Of a DNA stretch of 64,000 bases, positions 24,676-39,053 are shown one piece after another. Position numbers and translations under genes: made by a program. How positions within the stretch are numbered: the stretch's first letter is position 1; each line of letters begins with the position of its first letter. The notes beneath the pieces are model-generated. The model was not told the DNA's origin, searched no databases, and saw nothing but the letters and a program-made list of their open reading frames with translations. Source of the DNA: Pseudogymnoascus verrucosus (lineage: Eukaryota); assembly GCA_001662655.1 (NCBI GenBank), contig KV460236.1, one strand, 5' to 3'.

Positions 24676-26911
24676 ACGACACGCGATGGAATCGAGTAAG
24701 TCCGTGCTAGCTAACATTCTGGGTTGGAGGGACAGCTCCGAAGTCGCAGAGGCGGGGGTCTCCGGTTTTTACTTCTCTGGTGGTTTAGGTTTCTGTGTGG
24801 TGGTTAGGCGAGGTGAGGATGCGATATGATTGGTTGGATTGTCGCGGGGGCCACTGAGTAATTCTAAGGTGTCACTGTGGCCGCCGAACTGCAATGGGAA
24901 GGGAGAGAGGGTTTATCGGGAGGATATGAATGGGTTGGTGGTAGGTTGGAGCCTGGGGGGATAGAGTTTGTTATGTGATGCGTGTATGTTATGAGATTAT
25001 GAGTGTGTGAAAGGCGGGGTTGGGGGTTATTTGATGTGTGTATGTTATGTGTATCTATAATCTCAAATCGTGCTGCAAGTGAGAGCAGGCAGGTACAGCG
25101 GATAGGAGAGATATTGGCAATATCTCAGAAACGGAAAGGATAGACAAGGGAGACAGACGGGGGGGTGATGTGATATATGTGTTTCTTTTCTCTCTTTCGT
25201 GCAACAGCCCGGCGCAAAGCCCATCTTGTCATTCTAGAAGCCCAGTTACAGTATTATATCCTATGAACAGTCTCAAAATCCCATACCAAGCCTCCCATGT
25301 CCCAGCGCCGAGAGCATTGGCATTTCCCACCCTACGTACTTGGCGAACGCACCATCCGCCTATGCCCGACCAACTCCTGCTCAGCGGTTTCCAAATTCCC
25401 ATATCCCCGTTTCAAGGGAACAGCACCAACTGAGTAAATCCCCGTTACAAGCCTAGAGTAGAGTACATGCCTAGAGTACAGTACACCCCCCGTACCCCTT
25501 CGCGCCGCATCGTCATTCCCCACCCCTCGCACGCGCAGTCGCGTGTCTCGACCCGCGCCTCCCCAGCCTCATCAGCGCACAGAATGACGTTCTAGCGCGC
25601 TCCCTTGCTGCGTCCTCGCAGACAGATGGCTACGTAGAGTACAGTACGTACCATCTGTCTCTGCTGTCCAGGCAAATAGGAAAGCGAGATCGGTGTTCCA
25701 AATCTGGCGCTAAGGCATGTTTGTTGGTGAACCCCTGCTCGAACCCTCGGCTGCGGCGATACTAGCTTTATCTTTGAAGGCGAGTAGAGCCAATCGGGAG
25801 ACGGGATACGGAGGAGAGATAAGGAAATGCAGGGTGTTGGCGGCGGGGGGGGTTAGGGACGACATCGACATGTCGGTCATGGTGGTGGCGGGCCAGTAGG
25901 AGGGGGCGGTTGGAGGTGCCCGATCGGAGTACAGAGATACAAGGGGGGTAGGGGTGGGGATTTAGGCTGGAGGGGGGGTTGATGCTTATTTTGAAGTGGT
26001 GGTGGGACGGAAGGAGGGATAGGGATGCGATTGAGGATACGGTATCGTATATTGTATGTATTGTATGTATTTGTTGTAGATGGGGGATATGGGGGGATAT
26101 GGGGTAGAAGTATGGGGTATGAGCTGGGGGATGCGTGGGAGAAGACCGGTAGATACTGCATTGTTGTTGTGTTTTGTCCAGTGTCGTGTGTGTTCTGTGT
26201 TCTCTCTTCCTTGACTCGCCGAGGAGAAATTCCTTCTTTCTGCAGCGGGTAGACGCATACACAGACAACAGCCAAACAGCTACCACTGACACGAGCACTT
26301 ACCGGTGGCGACAGCAAGCACCAAATTCTCCTCCACTCTCCTTCCTCCGAAAACGCCCTCGACGGCGAACCGCACCCGACAAACGGATACTTTTACCCGC
26401 CGCGGCGGATAGAGTGTGGGGACTGCCCCGATCGACACCGGAACCCTGTTAGTCGAGTTAGTCCGACTTAGCCCTCCTCCCAAAGTCTCTCTCTTAGTCG
26501 TGCCTGTTACTCGACCGAAAAGGCCCTATCTTGGAGAGATAGAAGACCCAAACCCTTGCAATGAAAACAAAATCAAGCTCCCCACTCACTTCTGCCACCC
26601 ACACTCCCCCCCTTGCCCCCCTACCCTTTCCGTTCGGAGCTACCCCACCGAACCCGCCACGCTCTTGTCCTCTCCCTCCGTCTTCCTCCTAAGGGCTCCA
26701 AGGAGATAAAAAGACCAAGACTTCCCACAACCATCTTCTTTCTTCTTTTCATCCTCCTCTGTCCACTCTCATCCATAAACCAAAAACTATTCTCTTCCAT
26801 TGACATACCTGCCATATACCCAACCCGTGATATTATAGAGACGGACAATCGAGAGACATCAATCCTCACTTACAACTTTATCTCACCTTCCCAAACCAAC
26901 CCTCAATCAAC

Positions 26912-28472
<1,561 letters not shown>

Positions 28473-29345
28473 ATGCTTTGTCGTCTAGACACTGTCCGAT
28501 TGTTTGTCTTGCGTTTTTTGCGTGTTTGTCATGTCTTTTTTTGCGAGTTTGGGTCGGCGCTGGGTTTGCGGATGATATCAACTTGCTTTCACGCTGCTGG
28601 GGCTGGGGGAATATCTGAAATGAAAGAAATGGGAAATGTATAGAATGCATGAAAGAGTTTGTCGTTGCGCGTGCGGGGCAGCGCTGGGGGCTGGGGTCTT
28701 TGCAAGATCCGTCCTCTGTACATAGCTTACGAATTTCATGAAAAAAGTTAAAAATTACCTTTTGCTGTGCCATCCTGCTTCCTCGCGTGACCCTGCCATT
28801 CCTTCCTCGCGCCATTTCGCCGCGCCTGGACTTCTTCGACCTCGATAGAACCGCCTCGTCGTACAGTGCACTCACCCCCACCCAGGCATCAATCCCCAAG
28901 TGCGCGCCCCCAACTTACTTATAATATAAGCTCCTTCTCTAAAAGCGGTGAGTGGGCCTTCCCCCCTTCCCCATTCCGCAGGGCGCGGCTTGTCGCGGCT
29001 GCAGCTGCACGATGCAGACGTAATCAGGGGGGTGAAAGTGGGGAAGCGACCCCGCACTTTTTAGGTAAGTAAACCCCCAAAAAAACACTGCATCTCACGA
29101 TGAGAGGGAAAAATGGGAAAAATGGATTGGGTGATCGTGGTGCGTTGATGTGATTTGTGCAGGTGTTGGGGGGTGGAGGGGGGAGTTAGGTAAGTAGTGT
29201 TTTGTTTTTTGTTGGGGTTGGAGAGGTTGGAGATCGTGTGCGGAAGGTGGTACCCCGGTGTTGGTGTTTGATGGGAGGGAAAATACTTTGGGGTTATAAA
29301 TCACAACATAACATACTGTATCATGTATTTTTATTCAGGTTTATG

Positions 29346-29614
29346 TTTGCTCCTTCCCTTATTACTTTGCCATAGTTATATCCATCGCTCTTTCCCTTTA
29401 TGTGACTTACATAATCCTTAAGGAAAGAGCCAATGGGAGGTTCCTTCCATTTGACTTCAGTTATCACACGACCAGTGCACCCGTGCTTTGCTCCTTCCCC
29501 CATTCCCTCGCCGTAGCTATGCCCATCGCTCCTTCCCTCTATGTCCCTTACATAACCTGAAAAATGGAAGGAACCAATGGGATGCTCCTTCCCTTTTTGA
29601 CTTCAGTTATCACA
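29346..29614. repeat. Imperfect direct duplication of ~125 bp (29346-29468 and 29487-29614)
   Basis: Colinear shared blocks TTTGCTCCTTCCC, CCATCGCTCYTTCCCT, CTTACATAA, CCAATGGGA and TTTGACTTCAGTTATCACA. Confidence 0.9.
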
Positions 29615-29801
29615 GCAATACACAAACGCCTTCCCCTAATAATAGTTCACATGTATAGAATCACTTTGGCACATTAGATACTGAGAAGAAGAAGAAGTAT
29701 AATTCCCGCCTTGCCAACTCCAAAATCTAACACACTAAAATCCTCCATTATCCCTACGTAACATCTAACCTTCCCCCATACCCCCAGTGGCGCATCTCGC
29801 T

Positions 29802-30787
29802 CTACGAGATTTGCACCACCATCGGTCCAGCAACCGTAATATCATCCGTGAGCACACCCGTCGCTGGTCCTGCGCTCGCAAGGAAAACAAACACATCACC
29901 CTTCAAGATCTGGGGAACCTGGCAGTTGCCTCCGGTCAATGGCACGAAAACAGCTCCACCGGGCGCGCCACCATTGACAAACGCACAGTGCGTTGCGCCC
30001 TGCGCGGTGCTGGCAACAGCAAGTTGTGCGTCGGCGACAATGGCGGATGCGGGGGTAGTGGAAGTCATAGCGGGGAAGGGGGTGATTTTAAGGTTCGATC
30101 CATCAGGGCAAGCAGTGATGAACGGCGCAGCGAGGGAGAAGACAGCGCGGGTGCCGAGAGGGGTATCGAAGGGGTTTGGCACCGCAGCGACCTTGGTGAG
30201 GGTGCGGATGAGAGTCTGATGTCTCGCCTCGACGGTAAGGATGCTGCCTGCAGCCGTGAGGATGGCGGGGGCGGCGACGAGCGGGGCGGCGCCGAGGTAG
30301 GCGCTGATGCCGACAGCTTCGAGGACGGAGGCGGTGGCGACCATCTCGGCGGCGGTGGTGAAGCCGAAGTTGTAGGTGCAGGGAGCTACGGGCTTGACGC
30401 CCTGGGCGGAGATGGCGGCGAGGAGGGTGGTGACGTGGGTTTGCTCGGTGGCGCCGACTTGCTTGAGAGATACGAGATCCTCAGCTGTGAGGCCGAGAGC
30501 GGCGAAGTCGGAGTCGGGGAACTTGGCGAAGCCGGTGCGGTAGAATTCGGCTTCGAGGAATTCGAGGGTCAGGGCGCTGGGAAGTGTTAGTGGGTGGACG
30601 GAGAAGAATAGGGGGAAGGAGGAACGAACAATTGCAGGATGTCGACATCGCTGATGCCTGCTGCGGTGGCAAGATCATTGGAAAGCGCGCGGGACCTGAG
30701 AGTGCTGTAGGAGCCGGAGGGAAGGGCGGCGGCGAAGGCAGCGAGGCCGAGAGTGGCGGCCGAGGCGAGGGTCTTGAAGCTAGGCAT
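29802..30787 (-). CDS. Secreted ferritin-like domain protein (Ferritin_2 / Rds1-like; exons 30787-30630, 30576-29802)
   Basis: Hydrophobic signal peptide. SDVDILQF|ALTLEFLEAEFY is restored across the intron, followed by EQTHV, CTYNF, LEAVGISAYLGAA and ILTVEARH motifs of this family. Confidence 0.92.
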
Positions 30788-32320
30788 ATTGAGGTAGAGA
30801 GATGGGATTGTATTGAGTAATGTGGCTGTAGGTAGGTTGATGGAGACGTCGAAGTATTCGAGTGTATAGTAGATAGACCGGCGTTGAGCAACAACTTTCT
30901 CTTCTTTCTCGAATATTAAAAATATTAATGTTATAACAAGACCAGCTTCCGTTTGATTCTCAGAAAAAAAGATTGTATACAGGACTCAGGTCAGGTGTCA
31001 AAAAATGGGTCGAGTAAGGTTTATAATAATAATAATAAAGCAGAACCAGCGCTTGTTTGGACAGAATCGAAAATGTTTGGAGAGATCGCAAAGAATGAGT
31101 GACGACGATGTGTAGACGGACGAGGAGAGAGAAAAAGAACCTCCAACAAATATGGGCGAGCACCCCCATTAAAGCCTACCGCCCAGCCCGGAACAGAGAC
31201 CCCTCGCTCTATCCGGCCTCTCTCACGACCCCCATCCCCTTCTCTTAGCTCCTTGGCCTCAGGAACGACGACCTTCCGTTCTCCGTCCCCAATACCCACG
31301 ATGGCCTCATAAACAGCCACTCAGGACCCTCAACGGGCGCAATTTGTTTTGCCAGGCCGCGCGCATGCGAACAAACTCTAATCACCCAGCCAATCAGGTG
31401 TGCAGACGAAAGCATTAAGCAGCGAGCACTACTGCGACAGCTCGAGCGCGGCGGTGACGTTTGGCGTCGTGAAACTCGGATGGCCTCAGATGTGGTCGGA
31501 TGAGGTTGCACGCGGTCAGATGTGTCAGCCTTGTTTGGGATGTGGGCAGCCTTGCATGATAGTGGGGGCTGTGGCCAATTAGGCGGGCTGCAGGTGGCCC
31601 TTGGTGGCCCCTGTGGTCCCCTAGAGGTCCCTGAAGGTGCGTGTAGGTCCCTGACACCACGGATCGGTGATGAGCCGTATCTGAGACCCACCAAAGTCGG
31701 TGTTTTATATCGGTTTGATTCACATTTGAGGCTTGTCGCCAAGTCTCTTGACAGCTTACGACACACGGGACAAAGAGGATTGACTGGCCATACGGGCCCC
31801 TGGAACACTTTTCATCCGAAGGTTCACTTACCCGGGCGGCAGATGGTCTATCCAGCACAACAGTTTATCCAGAACGAACAGTTTGGGACCAATTGTGGCT
31901 AGTCAATTTGGATTGATTAGAGATTAAGTTGATGCGAGACTAACAGAGATACTGAATTTAAGCTACTTTGTATAAATGCACGACGCTAATAGCGAGAAAG
32001 ACCAGAGTACGGCACCTGCTATGGACGTTTTCCATAACACCATATTGTGCCAACATTGCTTTATTCCACCACTCCCGTCCCAAGCCCAAACTCAGTAGTA
32101 TGGCCGGCTGTCTACCCCATCCCTATCTGACAAACTTGAACTGCCTTCCTCCAAGATAGGCAAGACAACAAGTGTTTGGTTCAGCCATTCTGTAAACGAG
32201 CGCTAATAATTCGCCCGCGTCGCATCGTACGCAGCGCGGGGGTGTATGGTATGAACGAGTGGACGGCGAATAGTTATCGCGAATCGTTATTGTATGGCCA
32301 GTTGAGGCAGGCTACGCCAT

Positions 32321-35300
32321 TTAAAGAGCGTACGGGTTGAGAGAGCGGATCGTAAGGCAACTACAACAGGGTTAGTTTGGGGTTCAAAATGAGAGCATAG
32401 CAGAGAAGGACGTACGGAGGGCTTTTGCTGAGATCAGTCTTCAGGATGACAGGCACACGGGTCATCTCCTTCACGTCTTGAATATACTCTCCGTTCTCTT
32501 CTCTCAAAGAGAAGAACTTCAGATACTTCTCCTTGTTGCTGGTCTTAGCTGACGCAGACTCAGCAATAGGCACCTTCGAGTCTGAACGAGTTCGGTGAAG
32601 GTCGCCGCTTGCAGTCAAGGAGTTTTTGGTTGGCGATGGTGGAACGCTCTGCGTTGGTCGGTTCCCGAGGGAGACGCCCTGAACGCTTTCCGCCAAATCA
32701 GAAACGTTGTCATCATCGTCATCGTCGAAGAGAGCGTCAACGGCATCAGTAGACATGGTTCCAGTCTCCATCTGCTTACGCTGGGCCTCCTCACGATCCT
32801 TCCTTGCGCGTTCAGCCACGGCCGCCTCGCGAGCCGCAAGGCTAGCATTGGCGGTGCGCTGAGAGACACCGGGTCTTGGGCGCTCATCCTCAGGAACGTA
32901 CGCCGAAGATGGAACGCCCTTCTCCCAGTACAATTCCAAGACTCGCTCATTCTTGCGGAACTCGGCCTTCTTCAGTGGCAGTTGATCGCAGTGGACACGC
33001 TTTTCGAAACCATATTCAGGGATCAGGACATCGAATGCGGACTCATAGACGGCGAGGACAATGCCCTCGCTAATGAGGTCCTCACCAAGGTCCTCTCTCT
33101 TCTTGTCCATGATTCTACAAGACTCAATGTGGACACTCTGCTCCTGAGCATTCTGCGCGGAGTCCTTCTTGGTGTTACACGACTCGGTGGCCTTGACAAG
33201 AGCGTCAATGTCCTCGTTATACTCGATCTTGCCCTCCGACAGCACAGATTCAAGTTGGCGGTGGACAACAATGTCTGCGTAACGACGAGACGGGTTCGTG
33301 AAGTGAGTGTACAGCGGAAGGTTGAGAGAATAATGAGGGTGGAGGTGCTCCAAAGTCCTACCTGCAATGAAATACTTTGCACGAGGGATGGCCTTGACCA
33401 GAAGAGTCTCCATTCCCTTACGGATCTCGGAGTCGTCAACTTTGAAAAGACTGTTTTGCAGCGTACCACTGCTCGTGGTGTCGATTTCGTACCCAAGAGC
33501 GGTCATGCGATCAGCAAATGTCCGAAGCCTACGGGGGTTTGGGGCCCCTTGTCGGCGGAGGAGTGCCTTCTCAGGAAGTCCGTGAGCAATCTTTTGAGCA
33601 ACGTAGGTATTGGCCTTGTGCATAAGCTCCTCAATCAGCTCATGCGAAGGCGTAGAATCGAAGATGTTGGCTTCGACTGGGACATTCTCATCATCGAGCT
33701 GGTACATCAGCCGCAGGGGCGCAATAGTTTCACCCTCCGAGCCCAGACGAGCTTCACGGAATTTCCGGGAAACAGCCTTTCAAAAGAGTTAGTAATGGTC
33801 AGTGAGTAAGCATTGGGATGAATGTACTAACCTGCAGTATCTGAATATCCTTATCACTAATGCCGTCAAGCTTGACGTTTCCTTGACCTGAAAGAACAGC
33901 ATCGACTTCACGGTAAGAAAGCTTGCCAGTGCTCTTGATGATACTTTTACCAATCCAAATATCATCATCGGCCACCGCTCCAGTAAGAGTGTTGACTTTG
34001 AAGACAACACTAACTGTAAGGCGGTCCTCTCCTGGGATCAGAGAGCATACATCGCTTGCGATCTTGGGTGGAAGCATGTTGCACGACCTGTTCATCAAGT
34101 AAACTGCAGTGCCACGCTTCTTAGCCTCTCTGTCAACAAGCGAGTTCGCCTTGATGAAGTGAGCAACATCCGCGATATGAATGCCTATTTCAATCTTTCC
34201 ATCTACTTCGCCCTTGATGTGGATTGCGTCATCCAACTCATTGACGCCGTTAGGATCGATTGTGAAGGCCTTCTCGTCCCTGAAATCACGACGAGAAGCA
34301 ATGGCAGCTTCATCCTCCTTGGCCAGAGACCATTCATCGAGATTGATGCTTCTAATAACGGCATCAGAGAACTCGTCCGATGCGAAGTTGTTGTCTCTCA
34401 ATAGGGCATCAGTCTCCACCTTCAGTTCGCCCATCTTACCCAGCATCTCAACGAGAGTACCGAATGGATGGAGGGAAGTGATAGGCCAGCGCTTGATACA
34501 TGCGACAAATATACGGTCGGCATAGTCCTGGTGCTTCTCTACGAAGTCCCTTGGTGCCTGCTCTGTCGGAATAGCAATCAATGGAACACGCTTGTCGGTA
34601 GGCTTAAACCACACAATCTTTGGCTTATCTTGCTGCCTCTGCTCATGGTGGCGCCCAGAATTGCCATCACGGGCTTGTCGCTCGGCTTCTTGCTTCTCCT
34701 TGGTGGCCTGGCTACTAGGGCGAAGGAGACCAAGAGTCCCTGAGAACATCTGGCCGGCGACACGTTCAATGACAGCAACGATGTGGCCAGCGTACAATGG
34801 CTTCTGCTCGTCATTAACCTCCTCTTCTTCGACAAGCAAAAGGCTTTGGCCTTCAACCTCAACATCATCGTTCTTCTTTTGAGTTGGGCGCTGTCTCAAG
34901 CTACCTCTGCGTCGGATTCCGCCTTCGCCAGTATTCGAGTTATCGTCACCATTGGAATTATCACGGTGAGACCTCTCTGCGTTGCCACTGTTGGAACCGC
35001 CACGAGTGTCTGTGATGTCCTTGCGCTTCTTCTTCTCCTCTTTCTCGCGCTTCTGACCCCACACTTCGTCAACATCAAGCAATTCGACGGCGACTAAGTC
35101 GCCTTCCAAAGCTCTGTTTCGGTCCTTGCTACCACAGATAAAGATATCGGCGTCCAAGAGGCCGTCTTGAGTCGATACGTATGCATCGCTGCGGTTTTTC
35201 TTGTTGACACGAAGGATACCAGAGACTAACTGGCCATCTCCAAGCAATGCTGGAAGAGTGGCTTGCGGAAGGTAAGGAGTAAAGAGTGTCTTGCGCTGCT

Positions 35301-36752
35301 GTTGTTGCTGTTGCCCTTGGCCCTGCTGTCCACCGTGCTGGCCACCCTGCATGTTAACCATATGCTGGTTGTTCATCTGGGCCGCCTGCAAAGCTTGAAG
35401 CTGGTTCATCTGCAGTGGGTTTAACTGTTGGCCAGGGAACATTTGCTGCTGTACCAGAGCCATCTGGCCCTGAGGAAGCTGTACCAACTGTGGCTGTCCG
35501 TTGTACTGGAAAGATCCAACGGATCCCATAGGCTGATTAACGCTTCCGCGGTTGCGGTGGCCTGGTTGGAATCCTCCGGCTTGAGGAAGGCCTTGGCCTT
35601 GGCCGAAATTACCCATCTGAGCCTGTTGGTCTTGTGGCTGACCAGGACCCCCCGAGATGCTTTGATTTCTCCAATTGCCCTCAAAGTTTCTGGATGAGTT
35701 TCGAGCGTGTCCTGCACTACCCTTACGCTGAAAGTCTGTACCTTGGTTGGCAGCCGCGCCCTCGTTGATAGTGGCAGCTGGGAACTGGAAGGAACCGCCG
35801 CCACGCATGGAGCCAGCACCACGGCCAGCAGAGCCGACAGCCATACTCTGGCTTCTCCCGTGGGCTCCACCGCGGCCGCCGCGCACATTCAAAGTACCAG
35901 GGAACGTGCTTGTAGGTTGTGGTGGAGGGGTTGCTTTGTCATCCGATGGGCTGGTGCCATCGGTAGCTGCAGGAGCGGCACCAGCTGCCCCTGGGATTGG
36001 GAACTGGAAGCCAGACGTAGTCCGTTTTTGTTGGGCCAGCTCCGCCGCTTTCTTGGCCTCGGGTAAGGCGAGCGAGTGGCGGCGTTGGTGGCCACCGCCG
36101 GGCGGGCCACCTCCACGGCCTCCGCGTGTAGACTGGTTCTCCCGCCCATGTTGTGGATTGTAATCATTATAACCCGTCCCCGAAGTGCCTGATGAGGGCG
36201 CTGGGGGAGGGCCCATTCCCATATTTGGCATTGCTGATTGATTTCGGCGATGTGACAATGGCTGTGTCGGAGCTCCCATCGGCACACCCAATTGTTGCTG
36301 TTGAAGCTGGTTTGGAAATTGAAATGCATTTTGTGGAGGCATATTCGGCCCTTGTTGCTGCTGTAGGGGGTTGAAACCGCCACCAGGAGGCAGGTGCTGC
36401 GTTGGCGGAATCATTCCCATGTTAACATACTGCTGGTGTGTAGCTTGGATCTGCTGCTGTTGTTGCTGTAGCAATTCAATCTGTTGTTGGATGGCAAGTT
36501 GTTCCACTACGTTTCGAGAGATGTTAGCTAGTGACTCTATCGTATTTGTAATAGAAAGGGACTGCCTGATGGCTAGAGACAGCTAAGTTGCCCCTGCGCA
36601 CACGACAAAGACTGGAATGACATACTGCCTGGAGACGAGAACATGCTCATAAGGGGGGTCAACTCTGAAGGACTTCTGCGATGGGCAATATGAAGCCTTC
36701 GGCCAGTTGGGCCGAGGACGCCACTGGACGGCTGCTGCGGTTGCTGCTCCAT
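32321..36752 (-). CDS. SSD1: Ssd1/Gul-1 RNA-binding RNase II-family pseudonuclease (exons 36752-36626, 36506-33832, 33776-32416, 32360-32321)
   Basis: Q-rich N-terminus with HxRxxS NDR-kinase consensus sites (HRRSPS, HRRNQS, HQRRHS, HGRSQS, HARNSS). Also RKTLFTPYLPQA, DIFICGSKDRNRALEGD, IVWFKPTDKRVPLIAI, YTHFTNPSRRYAD and C-terminal KSPP|CLTIRSLNPYAL. Confidence 0.97.
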
Positions 36753-37385
36753 GATGGAGTTCTGAGATATGTTGCGAATTGACGATCCTGATAGCTTGTC
36801 CAAGTGAAGTGTGAATGTATTGATTGTATTTGGTGACGTATTTGGCAGCTGTTTGGATAGCTGGCAAAAGGAGGGGGTGGATAGAATCTGGAGCTCTGAA
36901 GGAGTGACTCTGAAGATGAAGATGGATAGTATCTGTGGAAGGAGTGGTATTGAGGAAGGAAGGAAGGTGCTATGACGGAAGAGAAAGTGAAGGTTTGGAT
37001 GGCGGATGTGGGATTGTGGTCGGATACGTTCTTGCCTGCGGTACGGGAGGTATGGGGTTTACCTCACATACCTGTTTCGTAACTGAAAGCGGCTTAGTTG
37101 CCTTTCAGGTTACTCCGTACTCAACTTTACAGGGTTAAAGTGGAAAAATGTGATTATGTAAGCTGGTAGCTGTGTTCCAAGTTGGGCGTGAATGGGGTAG
37201 TGGCACGTGATACACCGCCCTCACACTATAGTCTGCCTAGTCCCACATTTCTGCCGCCTTTTTGAGACTGTGCCAAACGCGTTCTAACAAGGGACGCCAA
37301 CAACCTCACCTACGGACCCTCACCTTCATTGAAACTACATCACATCTTTCACAACGGCAAACGACAACAAATTCGGTTTGCCGAC

Positions 37386-39053
37386 ATGGCTCATTTCAGA
37401 GGGTCGGTCGATGGCACCCCGCCCAGGTCAGGATTCTTCAATTCCTTCGGCTCGGTTCCCAGTCCCGATGGCCATTCAATGAGCCCCGAGGCAGTTCACG
37501 AGAACCTCCTTGACACTGCTTTGAGAGAGCACAACCGTGTCCGCGAACAAGCTATCCGCGTATTCCAAAACAACCAGCTGCGAGAGGCGCAGTTGAAATT
37601 GTTACAAGAGGAGCGCCAAGAGAAAGAGCGCCTGAGACTTGAACAAGAACTCGCAGACGACCGCGCCCGAATCATCGAACTGCGCAAGAAGACAGTACCA
37701 ATCCCCGAGCTTCCTCCGCGCGTGAAAACGCCCCCTCCTCCACCAGCGCCACCTACTCCCCCGACTCCAGAACCACCCCAGAAAGCTGCGGCGGCAGTTG
37801 CGCAGCCACAAGCTCCCCAGCAAGCCGCTGTTCCCCAAGCTGCGCCAGTTGTGACACAGCCGGTAGCAGTGCCACAAGCGCCTCAAACACTACAACCTGC
37901 TCCATCTACAATCCAAGCTCAACCCGTGGCTGCGACACAAGCACCAGCTGCAGCTGCGCCTATCACGATAAGCACCGAACCCCCACCATACATCCTCCCG
38001 GGAGCACAGAGATACCTCGAAATACACCAAAACCTAAAACGTCTGCGCCACTTCATTATCGACAATGGCAAGAAAGACCCAGCGCTTAAAAAGAAGACTG
38101 GCGAGATGCGCCGCGAAATTAGAAAGTCTGTCGGACAGCTTACGAGCGGGAGGGGAGCAACGACGATACCCGTAAGTTTATTAAATTTGGATCACATAGT
38201 TTAAACAGGCAGCTTATACATTCTTTAGAAAGGCAAGATTCACAGCGTGCTTCTCGAGTCGCTCAGAGGTCTCCAAAGCCCCCCCGTGGACCCAAACATG
38301 GTCACGGTCACCCCCAGGTCTCCAGTGGATGGAGCAGTTAACAACGGCGAACTCCCAGCGCTATTCATCTACCTCATGAACATATTCGCCAAAGCCGTCG
38401 TCGCCCAATTCATCGACGAAGCCGGCGTGACAACAAAGGCAGCCGAGCCGATCGGCGTCGTCGCCGTTTCCATATTCGCCAACAAAGACTTCGTCTGGCG
38501 CAACGAATCTCTCATCGACATCCTGATGTGCAAGATGCGCGTCTCGTGCCCGGTCCTCTTCGGGCTCCGCGGCAACGAAAAGACAGAGGAGGGACGCGCG
38601 CGGTTGGGATGGAAGAAGGATGGTGGACAGTGGGTTAGTGATCAGGTGCACAACACGCGCATGACGGGCCTTGGAGCGGGATACGCAGCCATCGCACTAC
38701 GGGATTTCTCAAAGACGCAGATGAAGAATCCGTGGTCGCCTTCGAATTACTGGCGCACATTAGCCAGCATCGTCGACACGCCGCCGGAGGAGGCCTCGAA
38801 TACGCAGTACACGGTGCTCAAGGCCATGATTGAGAACTCGGAGCAGCGATTCTTGCAGTTCTATGGGGATGTTGGGAGGCATGCGATGTTTGTCGCGCTA
38901 GTTGTGTTCCCGGCGCGCGCGCTGGATCAGTCTGTGGCTGTCAAGGCTTTGGCTGTTCTGGGTGATAAGTTGAGGAGGGATGTCGGGTTGCAGTTTAAGC
39001 TGCCTACGCCGAGAATTGGTGGGTTCAGCACTGGGCGGCCGATCTGGGGATGA
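37386..39053 (+). CDS. GLE1: mRNA export mediator Gle1-like (exons 37386-38171, 38229-39053)
   Basis: Coiled-coil plus Pro/Ala-rich N-half, then YLEIHQNLK...RREIRKSVGQLT, FIYLMNIFAKAVVAQFIDE, CPVLFG, GRARLGW and RMTGLGAGYAAIALRDFSK, recalled as fungal Gle1 motifs. Confidence 0.85.
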
